This document shows, one piece after another, positions 1 through 11,649 of a stretch of 64,000 nt of DNA; the stretch's first letter is position 1, and each line of letters opens with the position of its first letter. A program made the position numbers and the translations under genes. The stretch spans positions 1,792,001 through 1,856,000 of the forward strand of contig OZ244742.1 in the NCBI GenBank assembly GCA_965219415.1, read 5' to 3'. The notes under the pieces are model-generated. The model saw only the letters and a list, made by a program, of their open reading frames with translations. It was not told the DNA's origin and did no database searches. Source of the DNA: Candidatus Marinacidobacterales bacterium. GTDB lineage: Bacteria > Acidobacteriota > Vicinamibacteria > Marinacidobacterales > DATDRI01.

Positions 1-995
1 GCTTTGAAATCCACTCGCTGGCGACGGCGTGGGCATACGACATCGACGGCGTGCGAAGTGCGGTGGAACCCAATGCGTCGGGCATCTCCCTCGATACCCA
101 CCTACTACCCGGGGTAAGCGTACCGGCCGAGCTCGACTCGGAAGTCGATGGCGTGCGCTGGGGTGCTTGGGTCCAGGATCGTTTCTTCGCCACACAACGC
201 ATCACGCTACAACCCGGACTACGCATCAGCCGAAGCGGGATCAACCGTAAGACCGGCCTCGCCCCTCGGCTTCGCGCGACGTTCGATTTGACGCCGGAGA
301 CACAACTGCGCGCCGCCACGGGGCTCTACTTCCAGAGCCCGGGGTACGAAAAGCTCTTTCAGGCGGACTACTTCGTCGACCTCTCCGACGAGTCGTCTCG
401 GACCGAGCTCGACAACGAGAGAGCGTTCGTGACCACAGTCGGACTGGACTATGTATTCCATCCCGGACTGACTTTGAACATCGACGCCTATTACAAGCGT
501 CTCTCGAACGTGTTGGTCGGCAGGTTGGAAACCGAGACGGAGCGCGCCGCGCGGATCGCGCGGTACGACTTCCCTACGGCCTTGCAGAGTGAGATCCCGC
601 AGGCACCGCTCATCACGGTGAATCCGGTCAGTGACGCGGAGGGTCGCGCTTGGGGATTCGATGTAACCCTTTCGAGAACGTCGAGCGCTACGCGCGAGCC
701 CCGGCTTACGGGGTGGATGACGTACAGCTACGGTGTTGCCGATCGACACGCCTACGGACAACGGTTTCCTTTCGACTACGACCGGACGCACGCGGGAAGT
801 CTTGTCGCACGATGGCGAATCAGCCGTTCAATGGACATCTCTACGACCGCTCGATTCGCGTCCGGCTTCCCGCGGACCCCGGCACTCGGCGCCCGGGTCG
901 CGGCAGAAGACGATGGTAGCGCGCTGGTTCCGGCGCGCGATGACGCGGGTCTCTTGGTCTACACGCAGGACTTCGGCGACGTGTCGAACCTCATT
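1..995 (+). pseudogene. TonB-dependent receptor, C-terminal beta-barrel portion; starts before the window and is truncated near 995
   Basis: Alternating beta-strand motifs (WGAWVQDRF, LAPRLRATF, LNIDAYYK, GWMTYSYG, FDYDRTH). Similarity stops at DFGDVSNL, and the ORF then reads into the antisense of the next gene without the last strands or terminal Phe. Confidence 0.75.
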
Positions 996-1005
996 TTAGT
1001 CAGGT

Positions 1006-1857
1006 TTATCGGATCACGGAGTCCAGCCAGGGCAGGAGGTCGCCCCAAAAGTCGATTCGATCGCCGCTGCCGACGTCGCGCAGACCATGACCAGTGTTCG
1101 GATAGACGACGACGGAGAATGGCCTACCCAACGCCTCGGCGATCTCCCGAACGATCTGAGCACTCTCGCGCGCCGGGATGATTCGGTCCTGATCTCCAAG
1201 CAGCCAGAGCCCGGGTGCGGCCATCCCCTCGATGAACGGCCGGGGGTCGAAGTCGCCGGCCGGCCGCTCGAAATCGGCGAGCCTGGCCGAGAGCTGTGAG
1301 ATCGTGAGGTTCATGTCGTCGGCAATCTCGTCCCAGAAATTGTGCTCCGCGACCGTGACCGCCGGTCCCGACAGGAGGATGGTGAACGAGACGTGTGCCG
1401 ATCGCGTCGCGACCATTGGAATGATCCAACCCGCCTGGCTCGAGCCCATCAAGCCGATCCGACTCGGGTCGACTCAAGTATCTTGAAACACGAAATCCAC
1501 GGCTGCCACGAGGTCGCCCGAAAGCAGCTCGAAGTCGGCGAAGCCGCGCCGATACACACCGCCCGAATCTCCGACGCCTCTCTTGTCGAACCGGAACACC
1601 GCGACCCCATTCTCGACGAGACGCAGGGCCCAGTCTTTGTCTTCATTCTTGGTGTTCGGACCCGAGTCGTGGCCGAACACGACCATGGGGTAGGGCGGGG
1701 AACCGGCCTCCGGGATATCGAGGGCGTAGCTGAGGCGCGTCGGCCCGGAAAAGAAGACCCCTTCCTCGGTCGTGGCCGAGGGTCCGAGTACGGTACTTCC
1801 GCAGCCGGCGGAGCCAGCCAACACAGCGAGACAAACGGACCGAAGTATGTTTGGCAC
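1006..1857 (-). pseudogene. Alpha/beta hydrolase with probable lipoprotein signal, interrupted by an in-frame TGA at 1474-1476
   Basis: ORFs 1474-1857 and 1006-1452 share a frame: FQDT*VDPSRIGLMGSSQAG. Motifs FDKRGVGDS, nucleophile elbow GSSQAG, GDQDRII and YPNTGH; lipobox-like SAGC. Confidence 0.85.
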
Positions 1858-1865
1858 TACGTTCC

Positions 1866-2444
1866 TCAGAAACTCCCGAACTTGAAAGAAAAACTCATTG
1901 TGGGAGCGCTTAGATCCAGGCGGGAATCACCCCCCGAGACGAATCGGTAGCCGGCCCCAAAACCAATGCGAAAGTTCCTCAAAACGTTGAGCGTTACGTG
2001 CGCCCCTGGCTCGGCGACGAAGAAGCCCTCTTCGTGCCCGTGGTGGCCACGGAAGGAATCCACGCAACCGCCGCCAACCAAGGCGCTGAAGGAGTAGTTG
2101 AGAAGCTTTTTCGAGTTCAGAAAATACTCCAAGCGCAGCCCCCCGTAGGCCATGTCCACTAGATTGTCGCTGGTACTACCCAAGACAGTGAAGCCGATGA
2201 GAAACGAGTGGTTTATGATCCAGCCGCCTTGGAAACCAGCGAAGTTGGTGAAGGAACCGTTCACCTCGGAGAGCTTGTCCTCGAACGAGATCATCCATCC
2301 GTTGTGAACCTTCCCTTTGACCAAGGTCTCCGTTTCCTCCTTGTCCTGGGCGTTTGCATTCGCCGCGGCCAAGAAAAGAAGAATCAAGACGACCGATGAC
2401 AGTGCGTTGAACCTAAAGACCCTTCCACCAGCTGATTTTTCCAT
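1866..2444 (-). CDS. Outer-membrane beta-barrel hypothetical protein
   Basis: Signal peptide ending ANA-Q, amphipathic strands (YGGLRLEYF, FRIGFGAGYRF) and C-terminal FKFGSF. Confidence 0.7.
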   Translation of the reverse strand: MEKSAGGRVFRFNALSSVVLILLFLAAANANAQDKEETETLVKGKVHNGWMISFEDKLSEVNGSFTNFAGFQGGWIINHSFLIGFTVLGSTSDNLVDMAYGGLRLEYFLNSKKLLNYSFSALVGGGCVDSFRGHHGHEEGFFVAEPGAHVTLNVLRNFRIGFGAGYRFVSGGDSRLDLSAPTMSFSFKFGSF

Positions 2445-2470
2445 TGACTTCTCCTTTCCTTAGCCACTGG

Positions 2471-3161
2471 CTACCGTTTGTGAACCGCACCAAGCCCGTC
2501 GACATCCACCGTCGGATCGCCGATGTACTCGACCGAACCGGGCGCGTCCACTCTCCCGCGAAGCTCTTCGCTTGCGTTGACGACAACTCGGGAAGGGCCC
2601 GAGACATCGACCACGACGACTCGGCTCTCGAGGTTCTCGGCAAAGTTAGTTGCTAACCCCGGAAACAATGACGTCCTGTCGACCGGATCTCCCCTCCGCC
2701 GAGACATTGCTAACTCCAGAGACGCTGACGTCCAATCTAGGGGTGTCGATCCCGCGGGCATCCACTTCGACCACGCCGGCGGCGGTGAGCGCGGTCAGGG
2801 TCCGAACGGACAGGGTGAACTCAATTGGGGCGGTTTGCGTGATATTCGTGTCGGACGCAAATCCGAGAAAGAGCGTCCGGTCCCGGACCTCCGATATCAA
2901 AAGGGGCAGGATATTGTCGTCGGCGGAGATGGTGAGGGATTCGGTGCCTGTTTGCTCGAGGACCAATCGAGCTACGCCCTCGAACGAAACTGCTTCGAAA
3001 CCGCTGACGTTTCGGGACTGCGTGATGACATTCCCCGATCCCACGACTTGGCCTCCCGATGGGCCTATCGAGTCGGGCTCGAGCAAATTTGTGGCACGGT
3101 CGCACCCGCCCAAAACGGTTACGGTTGCGATCCAACCCAAAAAGATGGTACAGGCGCGCAT
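2471..3161 (-). pseudogene. Head GIN domain (DUF2807-like) lipoprotein, frameshifted near 2648
   Basis: Motifs GSGNVITQSR and ISADDNILPLL; lipobox LGGC. One extra A (AAC TAA CTT instead of AAC TAC TTT) separates it from the C-terminal FAENLES...GSVEYIGDP. Confidence 0.8.
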
Positions 3162-3311
3162 TCTTACCTCCGGTTCTCGTTTCGAGGGCGTCTTCGAGAA
3201 CTCTGTGGCCCTCACTAGGTAAGAGGGATGAAGGCACGAGAATCCTTCGCCCCCGGCTAGCGATTTGTTCTCGACTCGTTCAAACTGCCGCAGGGACGCC
3301 AAGGAGGCACG

Positions 3312-4742
3312 ATGGCCGCAAACGAATACCTGGATTCGCTACAGTTGTCGGCAGAGAAGATGCGGGAGCTCGGTTATCGCGTAGTCGACATGCTGGTAGA
3401 CCATTTCGACCGACTACCCAGCGAGCCCGTCGCCACAGTGCCAAGCCGACGGGCATTGGAAGAGAAACTGCGGGAGCCGATTCCGGAACGGGGAGTCGAC
3501 ATCGATGCCGTCCTGCAGCGCGTGGAGCAGGACGTACTCGGTAACATGATGCACGTCGACCACCGTCGGTTTTTCGCTTTCATCCCGAGCCCAAGCAACT
3601 ACGTCTCGGTCATGGCAGACGCCCTCGCAACGGGCTTCAACGTGTTCGCTGGCACCTGGCTCGAGGGCGCAGGCCCCGCCCAGATCGAGATGGTCACCGT
3701 CGACTGGCTTCGAGAGCTGTGCGGCATGCCGGAGGGGACGGGCGGACTCTTCGTCAGCGGTGGTTCGATGGCTAACCTCACGGCACTGGTGGTGGCCCGT
3801 CAGGCTAAGCTTCCCAACGGTATCGACAAGGCCACTGTCTATTGCTCCGAACAAACCCACGCTTCCATCGAAAAAGGAATGCGAATTCTCGGGTTCCGCA
3901 GCGACCAGCTCCGTAAACTCGATGCGGACCGAGAGTTTCGCCTTCCCCTTACGACGCTTCTGAGCGCCGTGGCATCCGATCGCAGCGCCGGAAAGCGCCC
4001 TTTCTGTGTGGTGGCCAACGCGGGCACAACCAACACCGGCGCGGTCGACCCTCTGTCCGATATTGCCGATTTTTGCCGCGACCAGAACCTTTGGTTTCAC
4101 GTCGACGGCGCCTACGGCGGTGCCGCCGTTCTTTCGAAACGCGCCGCCTCTCGTCTGGCCGGCATCGGCCGAGCCGACTCGCTCTCCCTCGACCCTCACA
4201 AATGGCTCTTTCAACCTTATGAGACCGGTTGCGTCTTGGTTCGAGAGGGGCGCCGGCTCGGCGAGAGCTTCCGAATTGCGCCCGAGTATTTGAAGGATGC
4301 CGAGACCAAGGAGGAAGAAGTCAATTTCTACGAGCAAGGAATTCAGATGACCAGAAGCTTTCGGGCGTTGAAGCTTTGGATGTCGCTTCAGGTGTTCGGG
4401 CTCGAACGATTCCGAAACGCGATCGACCGCGGCATCTCACTCGCCGAGACGGCGGAGGAACTCCTCCGCCGATCCTCTTGCTGGGAAATCGTGACTCCCG
4501 CAGAAATGGGAATCGTCACGTTCCGATATCGTCACCGCGGCGGTGCCGCAGACGAAGACGCCTTGAACCGGCGGATCGTCGAAGGGATGACCGCGGATGG
4601 CTTCGCGATGCTGAACTCGACCGTCCTCGAGGGTCGCACCGCCTTGCATTTGTGCACCATCAACCCCCGCACCACCGTGTCGGATCTTGAGAAAACGGTA
4701 GAGAGGATGGAAGTGCTCGGTAGCCGAGCGTTGAACCCCTAG
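3312..4742 (+). CDS. PLP-dependent group II amino-acid decarboxylase (DDC/GadA family)
   Basis: [27 protein letters not shown] and the PLP lysine in DPHKW; RBS AGGAGG upstream. Confidence 0.93.
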   Translation: MAANEYLDSLQLSAEKMRELGYRVVDMLVDHFDRLPSEPVATVPSRRALEEKLREPIPERGVDIDAVLQRVEQDVLGNMMHVDHRRFFAFIPSPSNYVSVMADALATGFNVFAGTWLEGAGPAQIEMVTVDWLRELCGMPEGTGGLFVSGGSMANLTALVVARQAKLPNGIDKATVYCSEQTHASIEKGMRILGFRSDQLRKLDADREFRLPLTTLLSAVASDRSAGKRPFCVVANAGTTNTGAVDPLSDIADFCRDQNLWFHVDGAYGGAAVLSKRAASRLAGIGRADSLSLDPHKWLFQPYETGCVLVREGRRLGESFRIAPEYLKDAETKEEEVNFYEQGIQMTRSFRALKLWMSLQVFGLERFRNAIDRGISLAETAEELLRRSSCWEIVTPAEMGIVTFRYRHRGGAADEDALNRRIVEGMTADGFAMLNSTVLEGRTALHLCTINPRTTVSDLEKTVERMEVLGSRALNP

Positions 4743-4883
4743 GTTCTTGAGACGTCGTGTTTTATCTCGACGCGTGGGATTCGCACCACATAGCTTCCAC
4801 GCGAATTCTAGGTTACAATTTGTAAGTACAATCCCCAGCTTCAAATAAATTCCCCCAACCTAGAACGCGGAAGGGCCAGCTCA

Positions 4884-7244
4884 TTGTGGCTGCGACACGG
4901 CATCTCCTGGGCAGTTGTGGTCTCGATCTTTCTCGTCTCACCACACCTCGAAGCTCGAGATAGGCTCGAACGCTTTATTATCCAATGCACGAATCCTTGT
5001 GACGTGATCATCGCGACCATCCAAGAGCTGGGTGGCGAAGTGGCCAAGCAATACACCAACCTGGATGCGGTTGCCGCGAGCCTCCCCGTCGGTCTCCGCG
5101 CGGAGCTGGAATCGATGGAGCTCGTCAAGGCCGTCGACGACGACTTCGTGGTACCTCCCCCGAGACCGGTGGAAGCAGTGAGTCTTGGAGACGAGGAGCA
5201 AGGGGTCTCACCACAGGTGGTGGGAGGAGAAAGGCTGGCCGCTCTGAGGGGCGCCCATCCGACCAACTACGTCTTCAGTAATTTACTAACCGGGGCCGCG
5301 TCGCTTCACAACCTCGGTCACCGCAGGGACGGTGCCATCGTCGCCGTGATCGACACGGGCACCGCCAACGATCCGGTCACGACTCCGGCTCTCTACGACT
5401 TCACGAGCGGAGAACCTAAAGTGATCGGAGGAGAGAGCTTCATCGCCGGCGCCTCCGAACCTTCCGCCACCAGCGTTCTGAATCACCCACACGGTACTTG
5501 GGTCGCTTGCATGATTGCCGCCGACGCGGGCTTCGTCTTCCCCAACGACGACCCCTTCACACCCATTGTCGCGGCGGTATCGAAGTGGGCCCCTACGAGT
5601 GTCATTCCGGTGGACAGTACTTCGTCCATGGTGCCGATGAGAGGCTCCGCGCCCGATGCCCGCATCTACGCCATGAAGGTCTTCCGCGCCTCGGGTAGCG
5701 GGTCAGCCACCTCAACGATCATCGCCGCCATGGATCGTGCCATTACGCTGCGTCAGAACTACAACGACGGTGTGCCGTCGGTTCCAGTGAGCGGTAGTGG
5801 CACCGCGGACGACCCCTTCGTTTACGACTCCTTGCGCATCGACGTCGTCAACATGAGTCTTACCGGTCCGACATTGAAAGCAGGCCGGAACATGATGGAC
5901 CAGTTGACTCTCAAGATGCTGGGCGTCGGCATCGTCCCCGTCATTTCCGCCGGCAACAGCGGCCCGGCGGCCATGACCGGAGGAAGCCCAGGAACGGGCA
6001 TTGGAGCTCTCACCGTGGGAGCCGCCTACACCGCCGAACACGAGCGGATCGCCGCCGAGGTTGGGCTGATCTTCGGGGCGACGCCGGTCAACGGTGGCCT
6101 ATACCACCCCTCGGACCACATTCAAACCGCACACTTCAGTTCCCGCGGACCGACCGCGGACGGAAGGAATGATCCCGAGGTGTTGGCGCAGGGCGTCTAC
6201 GTCTTCGTCAACGCACCTCGTCGAACGTCCGCCAGTTCCGTGTTGCCGTATCCTGTCATCACTTGGGTCTCGGGAACTTCGTTCTCCTCGCCGGCGGTAG
6301 CCGGGGCGGCGGCCCTTCTACGTGAAGCCGCGCCTTCGGCAAGCGCCGGGCAAATCCGCAATGCCTTGATCTCATCGGCCAATCCTGGCGTTGTCGGGGA
6401 TAACTCTGGCAAGATCGACCAGGGCCAAGGCTTCATTGATATCCCGCAAGCACTGGATCTTCTGCAGACCACGAAGGTAGACGGCCGGATCCGAGTCCGC
6501 AAGCCTCCGAAGAAATTGCACAAGAGAATTCGGAGACTCGGTTATCCGGTACTCCAACGCGGAGGCCAGACTACGCTCAACGATCTGATGCCGGGACAAG
6601 TGAAACATTTCTTCGTTCGGATCAAGAAAAAGACCGCGCGCCTCCACGTGACGGTGCGAAATATCCGGCCCGCACTCGATCCTGCCGATCAGAATCCTTT
6701 CTTCGGGGACGGCCTGTTGGTGACGGTGGTCGATGCGCCCACTTCGTTCGCCTGGACGCGGGCCGCGGTGTTCGCCAAGAGCGATGTGACCGTGCCCATC
6801 GACAACCCCCAGGAGGGATTGGTGCGGGTTGCCATAACCGGTGGATGGTTGAACGCTGGCCCCATCTCCGCCGATATCGAGATTACGCGAGACAAATCCA
6901 AGCCGCCTCGGATATCAGCCAAGGGTAAGACTCCTCGCACCGGCGTCTGCAGCCTCGAGACGGTCAATGTGCCGACGGGTGTTGCAGAGCTCCAAACGAT
7001 GCTGACCTGGAAGTACAACTGGGGCATGTACCCTACCAACGATCTCGATCTGATTATCGTAGACCCGAATGGGAATACGAACGCGAGCGGCGCTACCTTC
7101 GCCAGCCCCGAGCGCGTGACCATTGCCAACCCAACCCCCGGTGGATGGAGCTTTCTCGTCTGCGGCTATGAAATCCACTCGCGGGACAGAGCCAAATGGC
7201 AACTGAGAGTGAGCGGGGACGGGAAACGCCTTCGGGCTCGCTGA
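4884..7244 (+). CDS. Secreted subtilisin-like S8 serine peptidase with I9-like propeptide and C-terminal PPC-like domain
   Basis: Catalytic motifs VIDTG, HGTWVA and SGTSFSSP; SAGNSG; C-terminal NDLDLIIVDP...SPERV. Confidence 0.92.
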   Translation: MWLRHGISWAVVVSIFLVSPHLEARDRLERFIIQCTNPCDVIIATIQELGGEVAKQYTNLDAVAASLPVGLRAELESMELVKAVDDDFVVPPPRPVEAVSLGDEEQGVSPQVVGGERLAALRGAHPTNYVFSNLLTGAASLHNLGHRRDGAIVAVIDTGTANDPVTTPALYDFTSGEPKVIGGESFIAGASEPSATSVLNHPHGTWVACMIAADAGFVFPNDDPFTPIVAAVSKWAPTSVIPVDSTSSMVPMRGSAPDARIYAMKVFRASGSGSATSTIIAAMDRAITLRQNYNDGVPSVPVSGSGTADDPFVYDSLRIDVVNMSLTGPTLKAGRNMMDQLTLKMLGVGIVPVISAGNSGPAAMTGGSPGTGIGALTVGAAYTAEHERIAAEVGLIFGATPVNGGLYHPSDHIQTAHFSSRGPTADGRNDPEVLAQGVYVFVNAPRRTSASSVLPYPVITWVSGTSFSSPAVAGAAALLREAAPSASAGQIRNALISSANPGVVGDNSGKIDQGQGFIDIPQALDLLQTTKVDGRIRVRKPPKKLHKRIRRLGYPVLQRGGQTTLNDLMPGQVKHFFVRIKKKTARLHVTVRNIRPALDPADQNPFFGDGLLVTVVDAPTSFAWTRAAVFAKSDVTVPIDNPQEGLVRVAITGGWLNAGPISADIEITRDKSKPPRISAKGKTPRTGVCSLETVNVPTGVAELQTMLTWKYNWGMYPTNDLDLIIVDPNGNTNASGATFASPERVTIANPTPGGWSFLVCGYEIHSRDRAKWQLRVSGDGKRLRAR

Positions 7245-7268
7245 TTCGCGAGAGCGTTGACTAGTGCC

Positions 7269-9176
7269 CTAGCGCCGATCGCGCTCTTCAGGATAAGAGC
7301 ACAGAAGGACCTGTTCCATGTCGGCGTGGTTCTCCCCTTCTCGACGATCCCGGTTCTCCTCCCAATAAAGGTCCAACTTTTCGCGCAAGGCCTTGGTCTC
7401 GACGACTTCGGAGCGCTCCAGCGGAATAAGCTCGAAACCGTAGAACGAAGGATCAATCGCCTGCACTCCCCCTTCGATCATAGAAACCCACGCTCTTCCA
7501 TAGTCGTCCCCCAGGGAGCGGGCGTTGTATCCAGATGGGTAGCGCTCCGAGATCAATCGTTGTTGCGACGACTTCAATAGGGTCTCTTCGCTCGGGTCTT
7601 CTCCCAATGCCGATAATCGCATGAACTCGTATAGGCCAAAGGAGACTCACCGAAGCCCGCAGCGTTCCCACACTCACGTTTGAGGCACGCACGAATAGCG
7701 GCACGTGGATGAGCACCTGAGACAGACCATACTCGTGGCCCACTCTCCCCTCCTCACCCAACTCCTCCCCGTGGTCGGAAGTAATAATGATGATGGTGTC
7801 CTCGCCGAGGCGCTCGTCGATCCATGCCAGCAGCTCCTCGAGATTTCGATCGATCCACCGCAGCTCTCCGTCGTAGAGATCGGTCAAGTACTGCCGGCTC
7901 TCCATAGGCAGCTCAAGCCAGCGCTTCGTCAGCTCTCGGCGCGAAAGATAGCGAGAGAACGGTCGCCCGCCGCCGATCCGCTCGGGTGGGTTGTACGGTG
8001 AGTGAGCATCGAGGAAGTTGACGAAAAGAAAGACCGGCCCCGCTCCCTCGGGCACCGACCGTTTGACGATGCCGACGACTTCTCGCGCGTCTGGATACGG
8101 TATTCGCCAGCGAAGACTTTCGCTCAGACTCGGAAAAATTCCCCATTCGCCATCGACGAAACCACCGATGGTGCGGCTCCAGTCGATATGGCGCGGAGCA
8201 ATGACCGCGTCGAAACCGCGCACCTCTTTGGGAACGGCCAAGGGGTTGGCCGTCACCGCGCGGCAATCGTAGCCCTCCACCGCAAGCAATTCCGGCAGCC
8301 ACTCGATATCTCTATAGGCGCGGGTTCTGAAGCTCGTTTCACCATAATGAATCCCATGTTCGGAAACCGTCTTTCCCGAGAACATCGAAGCGTGGGAAGG
8401 CGCGGTCCAGCCGGCGGCAGAAACGGCTCGACGGACTACCAGCGCACTCTTCGCCCAGCTCGAAAGGCGTGGCATCGTGGCTCGCGAGTAGCCGAACTCC
8501 CTCAAGTGATCGGCACGCACCGCATCCAAGACAATGAGAACCATGTTGGGTCGCGCGGTTCCAGCCAATCTCGGGCCGATTCTCTCGGCGCGCGGGTAGA
8601 TCGTCGAGCCAGCCGCTAGCGCCACGGCCAGCGGAACGGGCAGCCAGGAGAGCGACGACCAGCGCCGCGCGAGGAAACCTAGTGCAAGGACGGTCCCACC
8701 AAGGGCCCCGACCATCCGGCTTGGCGCCCCCCGTGCTCCAGCGCGTGCTGGACGTACCCCACGACCAGCGGGGGAAAGACGACGTAAGCCACGATCTTGC
8801 CGGGCCGCCTTTTACTGCCTCCCCTCCAAAGAAAACGTATGCCCAGCCAAACGAGTAAGGCAGTCAACGAGGCCCAGAGCATGCTGGTCCGCGGGAGTAC
8901 GACGAGTCCGGAGTGCGTCGCGGAAAGAATCGGAACCGCCCCTTCCATCGCTTTTCCATGGATGAGACGAGCGAGTGTCCAAGAAAGGGCCACCGCCAAC
9001 AGAGCGGCCAGTATCTCGGCCAGGAATAGCCCTACGTAGTCGCTCCAACTCACGACCGCCCTATCGTCGAGGACGAACTCCTCGGCGAGCTCGAGATTGA
9101 CCAGAACGTCCAGTAGCCAAAGGCTCACGACGGAGCCGACGAGCATCCTACCCAGGCTTACCGGGCTTCCGAGCAT
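7269..9176 (-). pseudogene. Membrane-anchored sulfatase-like (alkaline phosphatase superfamily) protein, frameshifted near 8730 and 7640
   Basis: N-terminal TM helices followed by LIVLDAVRADH, WTAPSHASMF, DAHSPY, YDGEL and SDHGEE; split over three ORFs. Confidence 0.8.
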
Positions 9177-9206
9177 GGCATCGTTTCCGCCGCCGGATGG
9201 CGAACG

Positions 9207-9393
9207 TCAGACGATGCTACTACTACAGGGCTCGGGCGATCGAGTGAGGATGTCGGCGAGAATGCGGAGACCGCGGGCAAGACGATCTCTTTCACGGATG
9301 GAGCCGAGACAAACCCGCGCGGCGTGCGGAAGTCGCTCTCGCCCCACGATGAAAGCGCTCGGCGGCGTTACCACCACCCGCTGCTTCAGGGCC
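9207..9393 (-). pseudogene. C-terminal remnant of a MocR/GntR-type PLP-dependent regulator or aminotransferase (not in the ORF track)
   Basis: Hand translation ALKQRVVVTPPSAFIVGRERLPHAARVCLGSIRERDRLARGLRILADILTRSPEPCSSSIV* resembles the MocR C-terminus; no 5' part is present. Confidence 0.7.
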
Positions 9394-9396
9394 TAG

Positions 9397-10098
9397 AGTT
9401 TGGCCACCCTGTGCGAAAAAGAAGACCTTTGGCTACACGTTGACGGAGCCTTCGGCGCCATGGCCGCTCTCTCCCCGAACCTACGTGACCTCGTCAAGGG
9501 CATGGAGCGCGCCAATTCGCTGGCATTCAACTTCCACAAGTGGATGTACGTGCCTTATGAAGTCGGCTGCGCCTTGGTTAGAAGCGAGCCCCAGCACCGC
9601 GGAACCTTTTCCCTGATTCCGGACTACCTGGCCCCGGCGCGGCGCGGAACATCGGCGGGGCCCACGCCGTTCAACGAATACGGCGTCGAGCTCTCGAGAG
9701 GTTTCAAAGCTCTCAAGGTTTGGATGTCCTTGAAGAAACATGGAGTGGACAAGTACGCGAGGCTCATCGAGCAGAATGTGGCGCAAGCGGGTTACCTCGC
9801 GAAGCGCGTCGAGGCCAGCTCGGAGCTGGAGCTCGTGGCCCCGGTTCCACTGAATGTGGTCTGTTTCCGGTTTGTCGTACCGGAGCGGGACGACCGGGCG
9901 TTGAACGCGTTGAATCAAGAACTGTTGGTTCGTTTGCAAGAGAGTGGCGTTGCGGTTCCCAACTCTACCAGGATTCATGGGAAGTACTGCCTCCGCGCTG
10001 CCATCACCAATCACCGGACACGGCGAGAGGACCTCGACCTGATGGTGCGGGAGGTCATCGCTTTAGGCCGCGGCGTGTTGCAAGATAGGGAGCCATGA
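9397..10098 (+). pseudogene. Second group II PLP decarboxylase, N-terminal half missing
   Basis: Begins at LATLCEKEDLWLHVDGAFG and has NFHKW and ELSRGFKALK. It corresponds only to the C-terminal half of the paralogue at 3312. Confidence 0.85.
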
Positions 10099-11012
10099 CG
10101 AGACTCGTCGGTCTTGCCGGGATCGCCACCATCTCGTTCTCGGCGATCTTCGTTCGCCTGGCGGATGTTTCACCGACGACGGCAGCGTTTTTCCGAGCCG
10201 CCTACGCGATCCCAGCGCTGTATCTAGTCGCCCGGATGATCCGCGACCGCGATCGGCGAGAACCGCGGATGCGCTGGCTGGCCTTCTTTAGTGGGACCTT
10301 CCTCGCTATTGACCTGAGCTTCTGGCACCAAGCCATCGCCTGGATCGGCGCCGGGCTCGGGACCGTCTTGGGCAACACCCAGGTAGTCTTCGTCGGGGTC
10401 GCAGCGTGGTTCCTTCACAAAGAACGTCCCAGCCAGTCCGCACTGCTCATGATTCCCATCGTGTTCCTGGGAGTCGTTCTCATCTCCGGCTTGGGTGATC
10501 CCGCAGCGTACGGGGCCAATCCGGTAGGTGGAGTGATTTACGGAATATTGACCGGTCTCTTTTTCGGCGGGTTTATCCTGTTGTTCCGAGCTTCGAACAA
10601 AGGGCTGGCACCGGTTGCCGGGCCTCTTCTCGACGCAACGTGTGGCATGGCGGTCGGCACATTAGGGGCAAGCCTGTTCGACCCCGGTTTTTCGGTAGTG
10701 CCGTCCTGGCCTGCCCACGGTTGGTTGCTCGCCATGGCGCTGGGCTCCCAGGTGATCGGTTGGCTTTTCATCTCCTATGCCCTGCCGCGCCTCCCGGCGC
10801 TCGAGACGTCGGTTCAACTACTCGTGCAGCCGATGTTGACGATTCTCTGGGGACGACTCCTTTTCGGTGAGTATCTTTCCACGCTGCAATGGACGGGAGC
10901 GGTACTGGTTCTCGGGGGAGTGGGGTTTTTGTCCATTCGGGGCACGGTCGAGAAACAAGACGCCGAGCCCGTGATGCCTCCTGCAGCCGTGGATGTCATC
11001 ACCATCGAGTAG
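10095..11012 (+). CDS. EamA/DMT family transporter
   Basis: About 10 TM helices in two repeats; ISFSAIFVR and LLVQP; ATGA overlap with the upstream gene. Confidence 0.9.
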   Translation: MTRLVGLAGIATISFSAIFVRLADVSPTTAAFFRAAYAIPALYLVARMIRDRDRREPRMRWLAFFSGTFLAIDLSFWHQAIAWIGAGLGTVLGNTQVVFVGVAAWFLHKERPSQSALLMIPIVFLGVVLISGLGDPAAYGANPVGGVIYGILTGLFFGGFILLFRASNKGLAPVAGPLLDATCGMAVGTLGASLFDPGFSVVPSWPAHGWLLAMALGSQVIGWLFISYALPRLPALETSVQLLVQPMLTILWGRLLFGEYLSTLQWTGAVLVLGGVGFLSIRGTVEKQDAEPVMPPAAVDVITIE

Positions 11013-11058
11013 GGCCGTCTGACTTGGTCCGATTACGGAAAACAAAGAAGGAGGTCCC

Positions 11059-11643
11059 ATGAATTGCCAGGAACTAGACATTCCGACGCTCTACGGAAAG
11101 GGCGATTTCCCCGATGCTTATCGGGGAACATCGACCCGGGACCTGCTCACGGTGTACAAGGCAGGTCCCACGAGACTCGGCGGAGTCCTGGTGGGGTTGG
11201 CAGACGATGAGCTCAAGCAAAGACCACAAGAAAATAGGTGGTCCATCCAGGAAATCGCGATGCACCTCGCCGACACCGAGATCATGGGTGCAGCCCGGTT
11301 GAGACAGACCCTTGCCGAGCCCGGTGCTTCGTTTGCCCTTTACGATCAGGACGCTTGGACCGGCGAGCTCGGCTACCGAGCCCGCGATCGCAAGGCGCTC
11401 GAAGACGCCGTCCGGCTGTTCTCGGTTCTTCGCAGCGGGAGTGCTCTTCTTTTGGAAACCGCCAAGGAGGAGGACTGGGCCAAATGGGGTAACCATGCGA
11501 ACTGGGGGCCGCTCACACTCCGGCAGCTTCTCGAGCTCTACGCCGACCACGGCGAGCGGCACGTCGAACAGATTCTTGACGCGCGGGCGGTGCTCGGTAA
11601 ACCAATGGTCGTTCCACGACTATTACCCAAACGTCTATACTAA
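11059..11643 (+). CDS. DinB family protein
   Basis: WSIQEIAMHLAD, YDQDAW and DHGERHVEQI; strong RBS. Confidence 0.88.
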   Translation: MNCQELDIPTLYGKGDFPDAYRGTSTRDLLTVYKAGPTRLGGVLVGLADDELKQRPQENRWSIQEIAMHLADTEIMGAARLRQTLAEPGASFALYDQDAWTGELGYRARDRKALEDAVRLFSVLRSGSALLLETAKEEDWAKWGNHANWGPLTLRQLLELYADHGERHVEQILDARAVLGKPMVVPRLLPKRLY

Positions 11644-11649
11644 CGTCCG

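Noticed and set aside
1474-1476. Selenocysteine or stop-codon reassignment at in-frame stops
   Set aside because: The TGA is not at a catalytic Cys position. All three stop types occur internally, and all three also end normal genes here.
4811-4830. TTACA-ATT-TGTAA palindrome upstream of the S8 peptidase
   Set aside because: It is a single short occurrence in an AT-rich spacer, and no regulator can be assigned.
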